DNA of 57,146 bases, counting the filler, from Basidioascus undulatus (lineage: Eukaryota): the NCBI GenBank assembly GCA_000826855.1. It is 4 parts of 4 records of this genome, joined end to end, with 100 filler letters (N's around TTAATTAATTAA, not from the genome) between each part and the next. Parts side by side here need not be neighbours in the genome. Positions count along the whole stretch, not along the records: positions 1 to 14,226 come from JTLS01000749.1; positions 14,327 to 28,542 come from JTLS01000750.1; 2 more parts are not named here. One strand, 5' to 3'. Within the stretch, counting starts at the first letter, position 1; each line of letters opens with the position of its first letter. The notes below the pieces were generated by a model. It was given only the letters and a program-made list of their open reading frames with translations. It did not search any database and was not told where the DNA came from. The translations under genes were made by a program, and so were the position numbers. Below, piece after piece: positions 9,472 through 21,596 of the stretch.

Positions 9472-11963
9472 AGCGGGCAGGGGCATCAATGAAGACCGCA
9501 TGATGCAACTTGCAGTCATTGTACATGTCATGTCAGTGCGTTGACGCTGAAGACTGTATTCTTTCCATGTCTGAGTGTTTGGCTAACATCGTCCGCTTGT
9601 TGTCTCTCAGTCTTCCCCTCCTGATCACTGTGTCAATCTCAACTTGAGATCATCTAATTATTTATCAAGCCCCCACTCTAATCACTGCCTGCTTCTCCAC
9701 CTCTCTTGAACCCTCTTCAACCTTCGATTTTCCCACTCTGAATTGTCGTTCGGTTCATCCACATCGTCTTCAGTGTTCACTGTGTGTGCATTGAGCTCTG
9801 CAGTACAGCACTGAGCTCCCATACGGATCCTTCACTGCTACCATTCGTCTCACGATACTACCCCTACGGTCACAGTCCTCTCCCCTATCGTCTCACGATG
9901 CCACAGGTTCCGACCGTTTGCACCCAACCACACGAGCCTAGGCTCCCTTTGGGAGCAGGGAGTGGACCTAGTCGTCTCACGATGCAACCTACCTTAGGGA
10001 GCTTGTCACAGCTACAGCGAGCAGCCCCCCTCTGAGCTGCTCTGGTACTACAGTACCAACCCATGAATTGCAAGCTCTCGTATTGTTTTGCAGAAACTGT
10101 CTATACCAATTAGCATAACCTGGATGACTCAGGCTTGTACGTCACGTGCTGGTTCTTGTGTGACTCTGAGCTCAGTCTGTCTTGACTTTTCAGGTGGAAA
10201 GAAACTGTGCGAATGATACTGCACACATTGGATTTTTCCCTTCTGTTGCTGCACTTGCCCCGAGGCATGGACGATTGCCATTTGCAGTGCTAGAGTTCTG
10301 CTCAGAGTATGCGGAATTGTCCAAGAAAGGAAAACAAGTCCTAAGTTCTGGGAAGGGACCAAGGCACAAGACATCAGATACAAGACTGAAGGATATATAG
10401 CTTTTCATAACCAGGAAAGCTAACCAGTTCTGCAAGTTCGGGAAATATTCCCTGAAACGGCGTTATACAGCAACAGCTTTTGCTAGACTTGCGAGGCTCA
10501 CCACTGACATGCGAAAGCAGCTTCCCTTCAACCAACAAGCTGGACCTCCGCATTGCCTCGATTAATTTGAAGAGCTTCTCAAAACTTAGGAAGAGTACTG
10601 CAATGACGCTGCTCAAACTCTAATGAGGTGTTGAGCCTGATCGAATCGTCGATCCACCGCAGTCATTTGAAGGCTGCTGGCATGCCCACGCTGGTTTGCT
10701 CGCATTGCATTTCAAACTGCCTTTCTACCGGCTCCATGTGTTTCCGGCCCCCCGCCTTTAGCTCTTTTTCCGAGGTCTATTCGTATTGCTATATTTTCAG
10801 TAAGTGTACCTACCGCCCCTGGTCTCCGACGCCGACCAACCCTTCCTGCCCGCTCAATCCACCATCTCCCTCCCACCGGCTGCACCCCCCTCGCTCGCAC
10901 CATGCCGGTCCTTGCACAAACGAGGGAGTCTCACGCTTTCAAAGAGGACGAGAAGCATCATCCTCCTACCCGCTGGAGGGGTGTGGTGGGACGACTTGCG
11001 TCTCTGGGGGCGCGGAAGGGGCGGGCACGTGAAGGGAGACTCGACGTCGCTCGATGCTGGACCGGAGCTAGGCGAAGAGCAGGGGGCTGAGGCGGTGGAT
11101 TTGGAGGTACCCCCAGAACAAGATGTGGATTGGCCGAAGTATCTATACGGGCTTTCGGAAAGCAGCTGCTGAACGGGGGGGTTCTGGGCAGAGCCTCTAC
11201 AGCGTGCACCACGCTTTCAATGACGACGAAGCTTCGATCCACACGGCCCGACGAATCAGTCTATCTCCAAACAGCCGTTCATCCAGACCCTCTCCACCAA
11301 CCTCCATCCACTGCCCGCTCCCCCATCAGCGCTCGCTTTCTTTGTCCTATAAGAGTCAGTCCGCCATCGGACGTCGGGCGTACTTGCTGCAGCTGAGACG
11401 ACAGCTGGAAGTTCATCTTGCTCAGCCTGCGATCAGTACCTGGCGGGCACCCGCGCGACACTGAACCCCCCGTGTTCGCGCTAAAACTTGCGCGGCTTCT
11501 GTATGTGTCCTACCGAATGGTAGCCTCCTTAGTGCACACACCCGACGCATCCGCACACCTCCTCCCAGTCGCACTCAGCAAAAACAGCACAAAGCACACA
11601 TTAACACGCTCGCAGCGTAGCATTTTGGGGGTGTGTAGGCAACGCGTAGGCAGGCAACATCGGCGGGCGGGGCGTAAGACGGGGGCGGGGCGTAATCGAG
11701 TGCGGTGGACGGGACGAACGTGAACAGGGGGACAGGAAAACGGGAGGGCAGGAGAGCGGATAACACAACAACAGACGGGCGGGAACGGACGGATGCGAAG
11801 AGTGGAGGAGGGGTATGTGGGGCGGTATCTGATCTGAGCGCGCGAAGACATGCGTGGAATGTAACGAGGGGAAATCGAATGGGAAAAAGGGGGAAAGCGA
11901 AAGGTCCGGCTGGGCCTGACGAGAGAAGAGAGAGAAGAGGTGTGGGGCAGGGGATGGGAGAGA

Positions 11964-12335
11964 TCATCGATGTCCCTGCGCTTGAGCCTGCGCGTGCGCC
12001 TGAGCCTGCGCCTGCTGCTGGAACAAGAACGTCTGTCGCGCCACCCACCCGCATCCTTGTCAGCGCCGTGCCCTCCAAACAACCCCTCATGCGCGAATGC
12101 AAACGCACCTGCAGTCTCTGCCGCTGCGCCGGGTCCTGCATGAGCGCCTGGAGCTGGTCCATGCTGAGCCCGCCGGCCTGCTGTGGCGGCTGCTGGGGCT
12201 GCTGCTGGGGCATGCCAGCATACGGGGGCGGTGGCGGACGGCCAGGCATCATCCCCACGCCGACGCCCATGCCGACGCCCATGCCCATGCCCATTCCCAT
12301 GTTCCCCATGCCAATGCCTGGCGGGAGGCCGTACG

Positions 12336-12375
<40 letters not shown>

Positions 12376-13024
12376 GGCGAACTGCTGCTGTTGGCCAAAC
12401 TGCGGCTGGAGCTGGACGGGCTGCTGGGGCGGTGGTGGGGGTGGTGGTTGATGCCCCGCGAACTGCATCGGCATCTGCGGCATCTGCATGTGCGGGTGCG
12501 TGGGCATGGGCGGCTGGTGTGCGAGTGGGTGGGGCGCGAGGTGCTGCTGCGGTGGTGGTTGGGGGTGGAGTTGTTGGGGCTGAGGTTGGGGCTGCGGGGC
12601 GGTGAGGGTGGGGAGCGGTTGGTTGATGTACACTATCGCGACGAGACGCGGGGACGGCGCGGCGCCGGAGGCGGCGGCGCCCGCGTTGGACGCGACGAAC
12701 ATGACCATGCCGTGTTCGCCGCTGGGTCCAAACTTGACCAGTGCGACCTAGATCCTCCGCCTTACCTCAGTTCCACACCCTACCAGACACCGAACGTGGA
12801 AGTGGAAGAGGGGGAATGGGGAGGACGCACCGTCTTCTTCCCATCCAAATTCCGCGCCAAGCTATCATACAGCGCCTGGTTCTGCGCGCCGGCGCCCTGG
12901 ACGGCGACGAACGCGACGGCGGGCGCGCCCGCGGCCTGGCTGTGCTCGCGGAGCTGGGCCATGTTGTTCGGCATGACGGACGTGATCTGGAGCTTGGCCG
13001 GCCAGAGGGAGGCGATGCGATCGC
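11964..13024 (-). CDS. MED25 ACID/PTOV-like domain plus Gln/Pro/Met-rich tail; 5' part missing
   Basis: Exons 13024-12831, 12747-12109, 12032-11964 read DRIASLWPAKLQITSVM...LYDSLARNLDGKKT-VALVKF...GMVMFV...RLVAIVYINQPLP, then poly-Q. Confidence 0.55.
12338..12374 (-). repeat. CAG trinucleotide repeat (poly-Gln)
   Basis: (CTG)n on the plus strand, inside the Q-rich exon. Confidence 0.85.
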
Positions 13025-13177
13025 TGCGTTCCCATTCCGCCCCATTTCCAGATCCCGTCAGCTTCAGCTCCCGGGTGGGGAGTATATGAGGGGGAGAGGG
13101 GGGAAGCTGGTGAGGGGGTAGGACTGGGACGGCTTGCTCTTAGAACACACAGGGCTCTCTCTTCATTCTTTCTGGGG

Positions 13178-13696
13178 TTAATATGTACCGGGTAGAAGGA
13201 TGCTGCGCTTTGCCCTTGCTGTTGATGTAACTCGGATACTTCTGTTGTAGACGTCCCTTTCCACATACTGTAGTGCTGGACGATGCGGAGCCGGGTTAGA
13301 CCCGACCATAGATTTCGCTGTGTTCACCCGGATCGTTCGGGATGCTTGGAACTTCGTGATGAACAAGGCGGGGTTGCAAGTCGAGCGCTGTTCGTGGTTG
13401 CCAGACCAACAGACTGCGCGGCCCGTAGCGAAATCATCGGCCGTCCCGGGGAAGGAACGGTCTCTCGCTTCCTGCTGCATGATCCAATCGTTAAACCTGT
13501 GCACTATGACTTGAGACACGGCTTGTGGTAGGTAGTACCGTTCGTCGTCTCCAGCGTATACGTAGTTTCTGAAGAGTCGCCCCGGGGCCTGCTCTTGTAA
13601 CCACGATTTACTTTGGCATATATTTATTTCTGTTGAAGTCGTGTATGGAGCTAAACTGAGAATATCTGGATGCGACATGTTAAACTGCATGCGCAT
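13178..13696 (-). CDS. Hypothetical ORF or gene relic (172 aa)
   Basis: Long open frame with globular-like composition in lower-GC DNA; no family recognised. Confidence 0.25.
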   Translation of the reverse strand: MRMQFNMSHPDILSLAPYTTSTEINICQSKSWLQEQAPGRLFRNYVYAGDDERYYLPQAVSQVIVHRFNDWIMQQEARDRSFPGTADDFATGRAVCWSGNHEQRSTCNPALFITKFQASRTIRVNTAKSMVGSNPAPHRPALQYVERDVYNRSIRVTSTARAKRSILLPGTY

Positions 13697-14226
13697 AAGG
13701 TGAAGTAAGGTGTCTGCGTAGTCGGTTGGCTGTTGAAATGCACTGTTTCACATTGGTGACATCGCCCAGTAGAGTTTGAGGTACCTTTGCCAGACTAGAC
13801 CTCCACGTCCCAACCGAGCCGATAAGAACAGATAGAGGTGTAAGTAACGCTTTGCAGTAGGCGGTGCAGAGGCGGTCAGCAAGCATGCCAAGCATTGGCA
13901 GGCTCAGCGACCGACACAGCTGAACGCAGCAAGTTACCGATTGTTGGGAAAAACGGGAGTAGCATGATGCATGGTTCTAGTTTCACTTTAATTCCTGCAG
14001 TCTGTGCAGGTTAGGTGAGCGAGCACAGCCTTGGGCGTTGCACAGCATGTCAGCCGCTGTCGCGAGTCTTCTGCCGCTGGCAAGACCTTGGACGCGGATG
14101 GCGACTTGCTTCTTTCCTCTTGATCCCTCACTCAAAGCTCAATAACGCCCTTTGAACATCGCTCAACTCCAACGGGCCTCCTCGGCAAATAAATTAATTG
14201 AATCGCAATTTCACCCCCCCCCCCCC

Positions 14227-14326
14227 NNNNNNNNNNNNNNNNNNNNNNNNNNNNNNNNNNNNNNNNNNNNTTAATTAATTAANNNNNNNNNNNNNNNNNN
14301 NNNNNNNNNNNNNNNNNNNNNNNNNN
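14227..14326. other. Artificial contig spacer
   Basis: N44-TTAATTAATTAA-N44, with stops in all six frames. Confidence 0.97.
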
Positions 14327-17300
14327 TGGGGGAGGGACGGAGGCGGTGGCATCGAGGGGGGAGGAGAGGAGGACGAGCTGCAGGGCCCAAAGAAGTCAGC
14401 CTTCTGCAAGACACGGCCGCGTGAAAGTGGGAAGTGGCTTACGGAAAGACGGAGCAGAGTAGGGGTTCGCATTCGACCGGCCGCCGCCTGAGTAAAGGCT
14501 CGCCGGCGGCGGCATGTACGGGTTGCTGCCGCCGCGCGGCGGGCCGAAGAGGCCGGGCACGTAGTCGTCGAGCTTGATGAGTTGGTTGTTGCTGAGGGGT
14601 TCGAACACATTTGTCAGCGAGGGAGCCGCGAATGCAGTTGCGTGGGGAGGCAGAAAAAACGCACTGTCGGCGCATACACATGTCCCTGTCGACGGTGATG
14701 ATCCTGTTGGCGGCATGGAGCTCTACGCGGACCTGCCCGCCATTCGTGCCCTTGATGATGCCGATCATGCCCTTGTGCGTGCCGCGGATGATCTGGACGG
14801 GCGCGTTCTCGAGCCGGTCGCGCTCGCCGCCGCGGCCCATCATCGACGAGCCGACCATGCCGCCGCGCTCGGCGTTCGGGTTCAGCGGCGCGAGCGCGGG
14901 GTTCATCCGGCTCAGGTCCGGCCCCGCCGCGCTGGCGCCGTTGCCGAGCGCCTTGGGCGCGACGGACGCGAGCGAGCGCGCGCGCGTGACGAACACGCCG
15001 CCGTTCTCGGAGATCTCGCGGTTGTGGAGGAAGGCGAACTGCGAGCGGTAGATGTGCAGGACTTGGCCTTTCCGACCCTGAGGCAGCGCAGCAAACGCGG
15101 TCAGTCATAACGCAGGGAGACGGTTGCCGGACAGCGATGGAACGCACCTCGCCCTCGATCTCCTTCACCATGTCCCCAATGCGCATCTCGTGGCCCGTAG
15201 AGTCCGTAGCGACGGCACGGCGCGAGTCCCGGCGCATGCTGATCTGCCGCGGCCCGACGACGCGAACAGAGCCATTCTGGTCGAGCACGCGGAAGGTGTT
15301 GTGCTCGGTCTTGAAGATAACACCCGCCGTCTGCTGGCTGTGATTTGGCAGTACACTGTCAGCTGAGCAAGGCAGTGAAGGAGAATTGAACCCACTCGAG
15401 TTGGACAAGGTCGTGCAGCTCGTAGTCGCCCACAGTGTTCGTGCTCGCGCCAATCTCAGCCGCCTCGCGGACGTCCTTCGCAAACACGGTAACCTGCGAA
15501 GCGCCACGCAATAAGTGAGCACGCGTCTCCCGGGACTCGAGCTGCCGAACGAACACACCTCGGTTTGAGACAAGTCGGACATGAGCGTGACGGTATTGCC
15601 GTCGGTCGCGACGACCAGACCCGTCTCGTCGACGTTCTTGCCGGCCATGACCTTGACGTGGGCGCCCGGCTTGAAGCGCTTCCGGATGCTCCGTGCCTGG
15701 ACCTCGACGAGCTGCTCGTCGAGGTCGGTCGCTTCGAGGCGGGCGCGGATGGTGACGACGTCGCCGCGGATGGTCTCGACGGTGCCGTCGATGCCTGCCT
15801 GCTCGCCCTCGAAGACCTCGACGTGGTCGCCGGGCTGGAGAACGGCGGTGGAGGCCTTGCGGGACGCCTCGGCGATGACGCTGAGGTCGAACTCGGTCGC
15901 GTTCGGCATGCCCGTCCCGTCGCGGTCGCCGCCCGTGAAGCGGGTGATCTCGTCGAGGGTCGGGTTGACGTCCTCGGTCTGCAGCCCTGAGATCTTGATG
16001 TCCTTCTCAATGAAGCCGTCCTTGAACGTGTCGCCCTGGAAGACGTAGCTGTTGCCGCGCTTGACGCTGCTCCGCGCGCCGTACACCTTGATCACGTCCG
16101 CGTGCGAGTACAGCCGCTGCGGCGGGCGGAACGCGATCGCCTGGCTCGACCCGCCGGCGGCGCCTGCGCCCTTCTTCCGCTTCTTGCCGTCCGAGCCCGT
16201 GAACGTGTTGTCGTCCTTCGGGTTGAGGTCGATGCGCGGGACGAACTTGACTCCAGCGATGTCGCCGTTCTCTGTGACGTCCATGACCTGCGCGAGGTCG
16301 CCCGCGTACTTCCCGCGCTTGATGCGTACCCACGTGCCGGGGACGAGCTCGACCGTCTGCTTCTTGATCTTGAGCAGGTCCGCCATCTCGTCGATCGGCA
16401 CGAGGACAAAGCCGCGCGAGGGGTACACGCCGACGAGGCCGTTGATCGCGTTCGTGACGTGCGCCTGCGAGCGCGCCTCGATGTAGATCATGCCCGAGAG
16501 CGAGTCGCGGCAGAAGGCGGAGATGAAGTCGAGCGGCTTGGAGGTGTACTCGACGTCGAGGAACTTGCGCATCAGCGAGAAGACGAGGTCGCGCTCGCGG
16601 CCAGGCTACACCATCCCATCAGTCCACCAGCGTCAGCACCATGTCCACAGGTCCTGCAAGATCCGCCTTCTTGATCGGATCGCCAGCCCATTGCCCCACT
16701 CCCGCCCTCCACAGCCCCAGCCCAAGAAGTCAAGTCACTGACCTTGCACCGCACGCCCCAAATGTTGGCGTCGTTCACACTGGGCATGAGCAGCCGCTGA
16801 GGGATCTGGTCGACGTCGCCCTGGTAGCGCATGCCCATGCGGCCGTAGCGCTCCTTGAGCTCCTCGGCGACCTTCTCCGCGTCGCGGTCCTCCATCTCGC
16901 GGTGGCGGCGGTCGAGGCGCGTGTGCTCGTTCCGCCCCGCGCGCCCGATCGGCTCGTCCATCTCGGGACGGTCCTCAATGAAGCCCTCCGCTGTGGGAGA
17001 GAAAGCGTGCGGGTCAGTGGCAGTGGGCGGGATGGGATGGGGAGGGTGAAAGACGCACCGTCTCGCCCGAGCTCCTCCTCGTCCTCCTCCATCTCCTCAT
17101 CCTCATCGTCGACCTAGGAGGGTTGACAGAGGGATGAGCGAACAGCCTAAGCGGTGATAGTAAGATGGCACAGCGTACCTCGGCTTCGACATCGAGGAAG
17201 CGGTTCCGCTTGTTCTTGCGACGGCGCTTCCGTCCCGCCCGTCCATCGTCTTCGTCTTCGTCTTCCTCGTCCTCCTCATCGTCCTCCTCATCCTCATCTT

Positions 17301-17633
17301 CCTCCTCGTCCTCTTCCTCTTCATCCTCGCCTCCTCTCACGCCATCCTCCTGGACGCGCTCGTCCTCGCTGCCCTCGTCCTCCTGAAGGAATGGAAGCCG
17401 GTATCAAAGACAGGCGGAGACGAGGTGGCGAGGGATGGGAGAGGGTGGCGGAGGGTTCAAAGAGCATGCAAAGAAGGCCCGAATGTCAGATAGAGCATAA
17501 GCAGTAAGAAGTAAGGGATGTGGCGGACGTCTCTGGGCCGCCTGGGAGCGGGCGCGGTCTGAGGCTCGTCCGAGTCCGAGTCCGAGTCGTACGGGTCGCG
17601 CTTCGGGGAGCGCTCAACAGGCGAGCTCGACAT
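14327..17633 (-). CDS. SPT5: Transcription elongation factor Spt5 (3' end runs to the contig edge)
   Basis: Acidic N-terminus, [38 protein letters not shown] (NGN domain), GMIYIEA, and KOW motifs ([53 protein letters not shown]). Confidence 0.97.
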
Positions 17634-17899
17634 GGCGGGTGCCGCTCAGCTAGAAAATGTGTAAGAATGCGCCGGCTAGAGATGAAAGGACGAGCGTGCG
17701 AGTGGTTGAAAGCCAAAGTGCGAATTCCGGGCAACGCGCCCAAGTGCCTCGCTCACGCACTGTCGGTGTTTACCGCCTAATCGCCGACGGACCTTGAATT
17801 CAGGATTCTTCTGTCAAGCGCAAGGCCCAGTCAAAGTTGCTTCGCCTGGCAAGAGCACTCTCCCTTTTACCGTCCGACCCTCCGGCAAACGACTTCGCG

Positions 17900-19104
17900 A
17901 TGGCGAGTAGCTCTTTCGCTGGCTTCGGCGACCAGACACCCGCCGCTGCTGTACACAGCCCCGCCGTGCTGCCCGCTCGCTCGCTCGCGCTAGCGGCGCA
18001 CATTTCGAGCGGGTGCTGGGACGGCGGCGGCGGGTGGTCGTGCGTCTTCTTCGGGGGTGAATGTGCTGACCCTCCCCCCCTTCTCCCATTTTCGCCCTGT
18101 TCGTGATCTGTAGGCTCCTACCGACAAGAAGGTGCGTTGGCGGCATGCTGTTGCGGTTATACCGCGAGTCCGGGGCGAATGCTGATCTTCGCTTTGCTCC
18201 CGCGCCCTCCAGACCAAGACGCCCAAGACGCGCTCGGCTATCTCCGATGTCGTGACCCGCGAGTACACCATCAACCTCCACAAGAGGGTCCACGGCCGGT
18301 GCGTCCCTTTCCAGCGAGTGTAGCGCTGGCGAAGGCAATCGTGCTTACCCCTGCCCGCCGCAACAGCTCCTTCAAGAAGCGCTCGCCCTGGGCTGTCAAG
18401 TCCATCGTCGAGTTTGCCGAGAAGGCGATGGGGACCAGGGACGTCCGTCTCGACCCCAAGCTCAACCAGCAGGTGTGGTCGCGCGGCATCCGCAACCCGC
18501 CCCGCCGCATCCGCATCCGTCTCGAGCGTGCGTCCCCCGTTTCTTCTCCCCCCCTTTCCCTCTCCCCCCTCCTCTCTTTCCGGCTGCGTTGCGGGGCTGG
18601 GGCTAGGCTAGGCTAGGCGGGAGGGAGTGCGACAGGACGGTCACAGTGTAGCAGTGGTGCGCGACGGAGAACCCCAACCCTCTGGAGGACACGCACCCTC
18701 TTCGCGGGCCTTGGTGCCTTCTCTCTCTCTTCCACTATCCCTACAGAGCGACTCGCGTCGTGCCTCCCCCACGCCTGAAACGCAGTCGGCTCTGCCGTTC
18801 GTGAGAACGTGCGCGGCTGACGTGGTCACCCCATGGATGATGCTGCTTTCAGGGAAGCGCAACGACGCCGAGGACGCCAAGGTCTGTCTCTTCTTCCTTT
18901 TCCCCTGCTGTCTTCTCTACCGACCGTTTGCTAACGTTCGCCGCTTTCCTCGCCTACAGGAGAAGCTCTACACCTACGCTTCCTACGTCCCCGTTGTCGA
19001 CTTCAAGGGTCTCGAGACCACCGTCGTCGACGTGCGTATTCCCTCCTGCTCTTCGTCGTCCCGACGCTGTGAGCTGACTTGGTGGGACAATGCAGGTCGA
19101 GTAA
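17900..19104 (+). CDS. RPL31: 60S ribosomal protein eL31
   Basis: Spliced product [47 protein letters not shown]...[34 protein letters not shown]...[11 protein letters not shown]. Confidence 0.97.
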
Positions 19105-19856
19105 GCTTTCCGAGCTTCCGTTACGACGCTGTCTTGTCTCTCCTGCGCGTGGTTTGTTAGGCCGTATGCATCATGTACACTACGATGCCATCAATGCTTT
19201 CGAGGGTCTGTTCGCGTCTGCTCAAAGTGCACCACGTCGGGCTCATGAAAGAAGTTGCATCTCGAGCAAGTTTCTGAAAGCAGAGCAGTCAGTTTTGACT
19301 TCCGGCCCGCGATGCGCGGCGGGGGAAGGGATGATGGATCGACCGCCGCTGTCATCTGGTTCCGGCGCTGTCCAAGCAAGCACTCCTTGCTGCTGCGTCT
19401 ACCCTCTACCATCTCGTTCTCAAAGACTACCTTGGAAGGCCTCCGTTGCCGTTGACTTGTACACCGACCTGCTTCACAGACTGAGCCAGCAGCAGACGGC
19501 AGGCTGGAGGGTGCTCGTCGGTGCGGAGGGCACGGAGTCGTCAGCCCTTCGAGCCTCCAGTCTCCCTACGCGCGCATTCCCGTTCCTCCTCATTCACTCC
19601 AACATGATGGACGACATTAACAGATACCATTCTCACATTTTCGAGCATCAAATTTCTCTCTTCTGCGGCGAAGACGACTGCCCCGCGCTGACTAATCGCT
19701 TCACAACGATGTCGCGATTCCTCGTGCAAACGACCCGTTCGACGCTCGCAGCGCCTGCGCACGTTCTTCTCACCAACAGCTCACAGCTCATTTGCTTGCA
19801 TTCCCTTTCCCTCCTCCCACCTATCCTCTCATTTCCTACCCTCCACCCCACCCACG

Positions 19857-21217
19857 ATGTGCCCCATCTCCAACGACTCCAATGGCAACGGCGCCTCTGC
19901 AGCTGCGCATGAGCTCGTGCGCTCCTCCGACCCGGTGCACCCCGCCAACCTTATCGGCGAGATCTGCCGTGGTATGTACAACTTGGGGTGGGTGACGGGC
20001 ACGGGTGGGGGGATCTCCATAAGACAGGGGTGGGTCTTCCGCTTATATAAAAGGTTTCTGTGGTGGGGGAGGAGCTGATTGGGAGAGAGGTCGGCAGGGA
20101 CCAGGTGTGGATTGCGCCGAGCGGTGAGTGCTTGTAGTGGGTGCGGGGGGGGTGGGGATGCTGAAGGTTTGTGAGGTCGGGGGGATGGGGGAACAGGTGT
20201 CCAGAAGGAGCGGATCAAGCCGGAGGACATCTTTGTGCTCACGCTTAAGGACCGGACGCTGCTGCGCCAGCCGGGGAGGGGGCTGAAAGAGTCGGCTTGG
20301 TGCGTTTACTTCCTTTTTTCAGCTGTGCTTGTCCTTTAGGTGGACGGGGAATGCTGATGGGAATCTGGGGGAGGACAGCACCCCGCTGTTTTACAATGCG
20401 TACACCCTCCGTAACGCAGGGAGCTGCATTCACTCGCACTCGCAGAACGTTGGTGCGTCTCCCCCCCCTCCCCCCCACGCCCAGCTTCACGCTTCGATCC
20501 TCACTCACTGACGTGAATGGGTGGTGCGGCAGTGATGGTTTCCATGCTGTGGGGGAAGGAGTTCTCGAGTTCGTTTCCTTCATCTCATTGGGTCAGGTCG
20601 ACCAAGCACAATGCGTTGACAGCCCGTGTGAGCGTAGTCTCCCACCAGGAGATGATCAAGGGCGTGCGCATCGGGGGCGTGGGCAAGGCGCTCAGCTACC
20701 TTGACACGCTGCGCGTGCCTATCATCGAGAACACGCCGGACGAGGAGGACCTGACGGATGGGATGGCGGAGGTGCGTGAGCTCATGCTCTTCCAAAACCC
20801 GACGAGCTTTCTTTTTGGCTGATGGATGACGGGCGCGGCAGGCGATGAGCAAGTACCCTGATGCGCCGGCGGTCATTGTGAGGCGACATGGGATCTATGT
20901 GTGGGGTGAGTTTGTGTCTGGGGGGGAGTGTATGAGGACGCGCTGATGAAAGAGGAGGCGGATAGGCGAGACGTGGGAGAAGGCGAAGACGCAGATCGAA
21001 GTACGTCTCTCCTCCGTTTATCCATCTCTGCGCCCGCTTACACGAACCTCTCGCAGTGCCTCGACTACCTCTGCGAACTGGCTGTGTACGAGGCTGTTTC
21101 CCCGCTGCACGGGGAGAGCATGGCTGACTGGGCTGATGGGGTGGAAACAGGAAGATGCGCCTTGCGGGGCTGCGCACTGTTATGGATGAGGGGGAGGTTA
21201 TCGTCCCTGGATACTGA
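19857..21217 (+). CDS. MDE1: Methylthioribulose-1-phosphate dehydratase (methionine salvage)
   Basis: [91 protein letters not shown]. Confidence 0.95.
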
Positions 21218-21596
21218 GATGACTGATTGGAAAGGTGTAGAGGTGTCGAGCGGCTACATTGATTCTTGATGACACGATGCGTGTGCTCAGGATGTGTGCG
21301 ACGGCGAGTGTCAGGCAGGCAGAAGTACGCATGCTCGTGGCCAGTAGTGTCCGCCCACAACAGCTCAATGGAAGTCCCATTGCATCAGCCGCTAGTCTGC
21401 CCAAGTTCTAGAAAGTTTTCATGCAGCATGCGTCGAAGATCAGTGCTTCTAAATCAGGGCACAGCGGCGATAACGCATCCGATTCGACCGCTGATCTCAT
21501 TTTGATCACGTCCCTTCGAGGCAGTCACGCGTCTTTCTTTCAAGCGGCAACTTCTTCCTTCCTGCCTTTACCGCCGTTTCACAGTCCACCCACCCT

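Noticed and set aside
10129..11464. Short ORF pieces that look like a degenerate gene
   Set aside because: Broken by stops and frame changes; no family recognisable
14271..14282. Palindromic TTAATTAATTAA recurring three times at about 14.3-kb spacing
   Set aside because: Embedded in N runs; a synthetic six-frame-stop linker, not a biological repeat or a piggyBac TTAA site
19079..19912. 277-aa ORF, or a possible box C/D snoRNA (ATGATGG...CTGA at about 19604-19691), between RPL31 and MDE1
   Set aside because: The ORF overlaps both neighbours and has no recognisable domain; box C is imperfect and I could not confirm an rRNA guide
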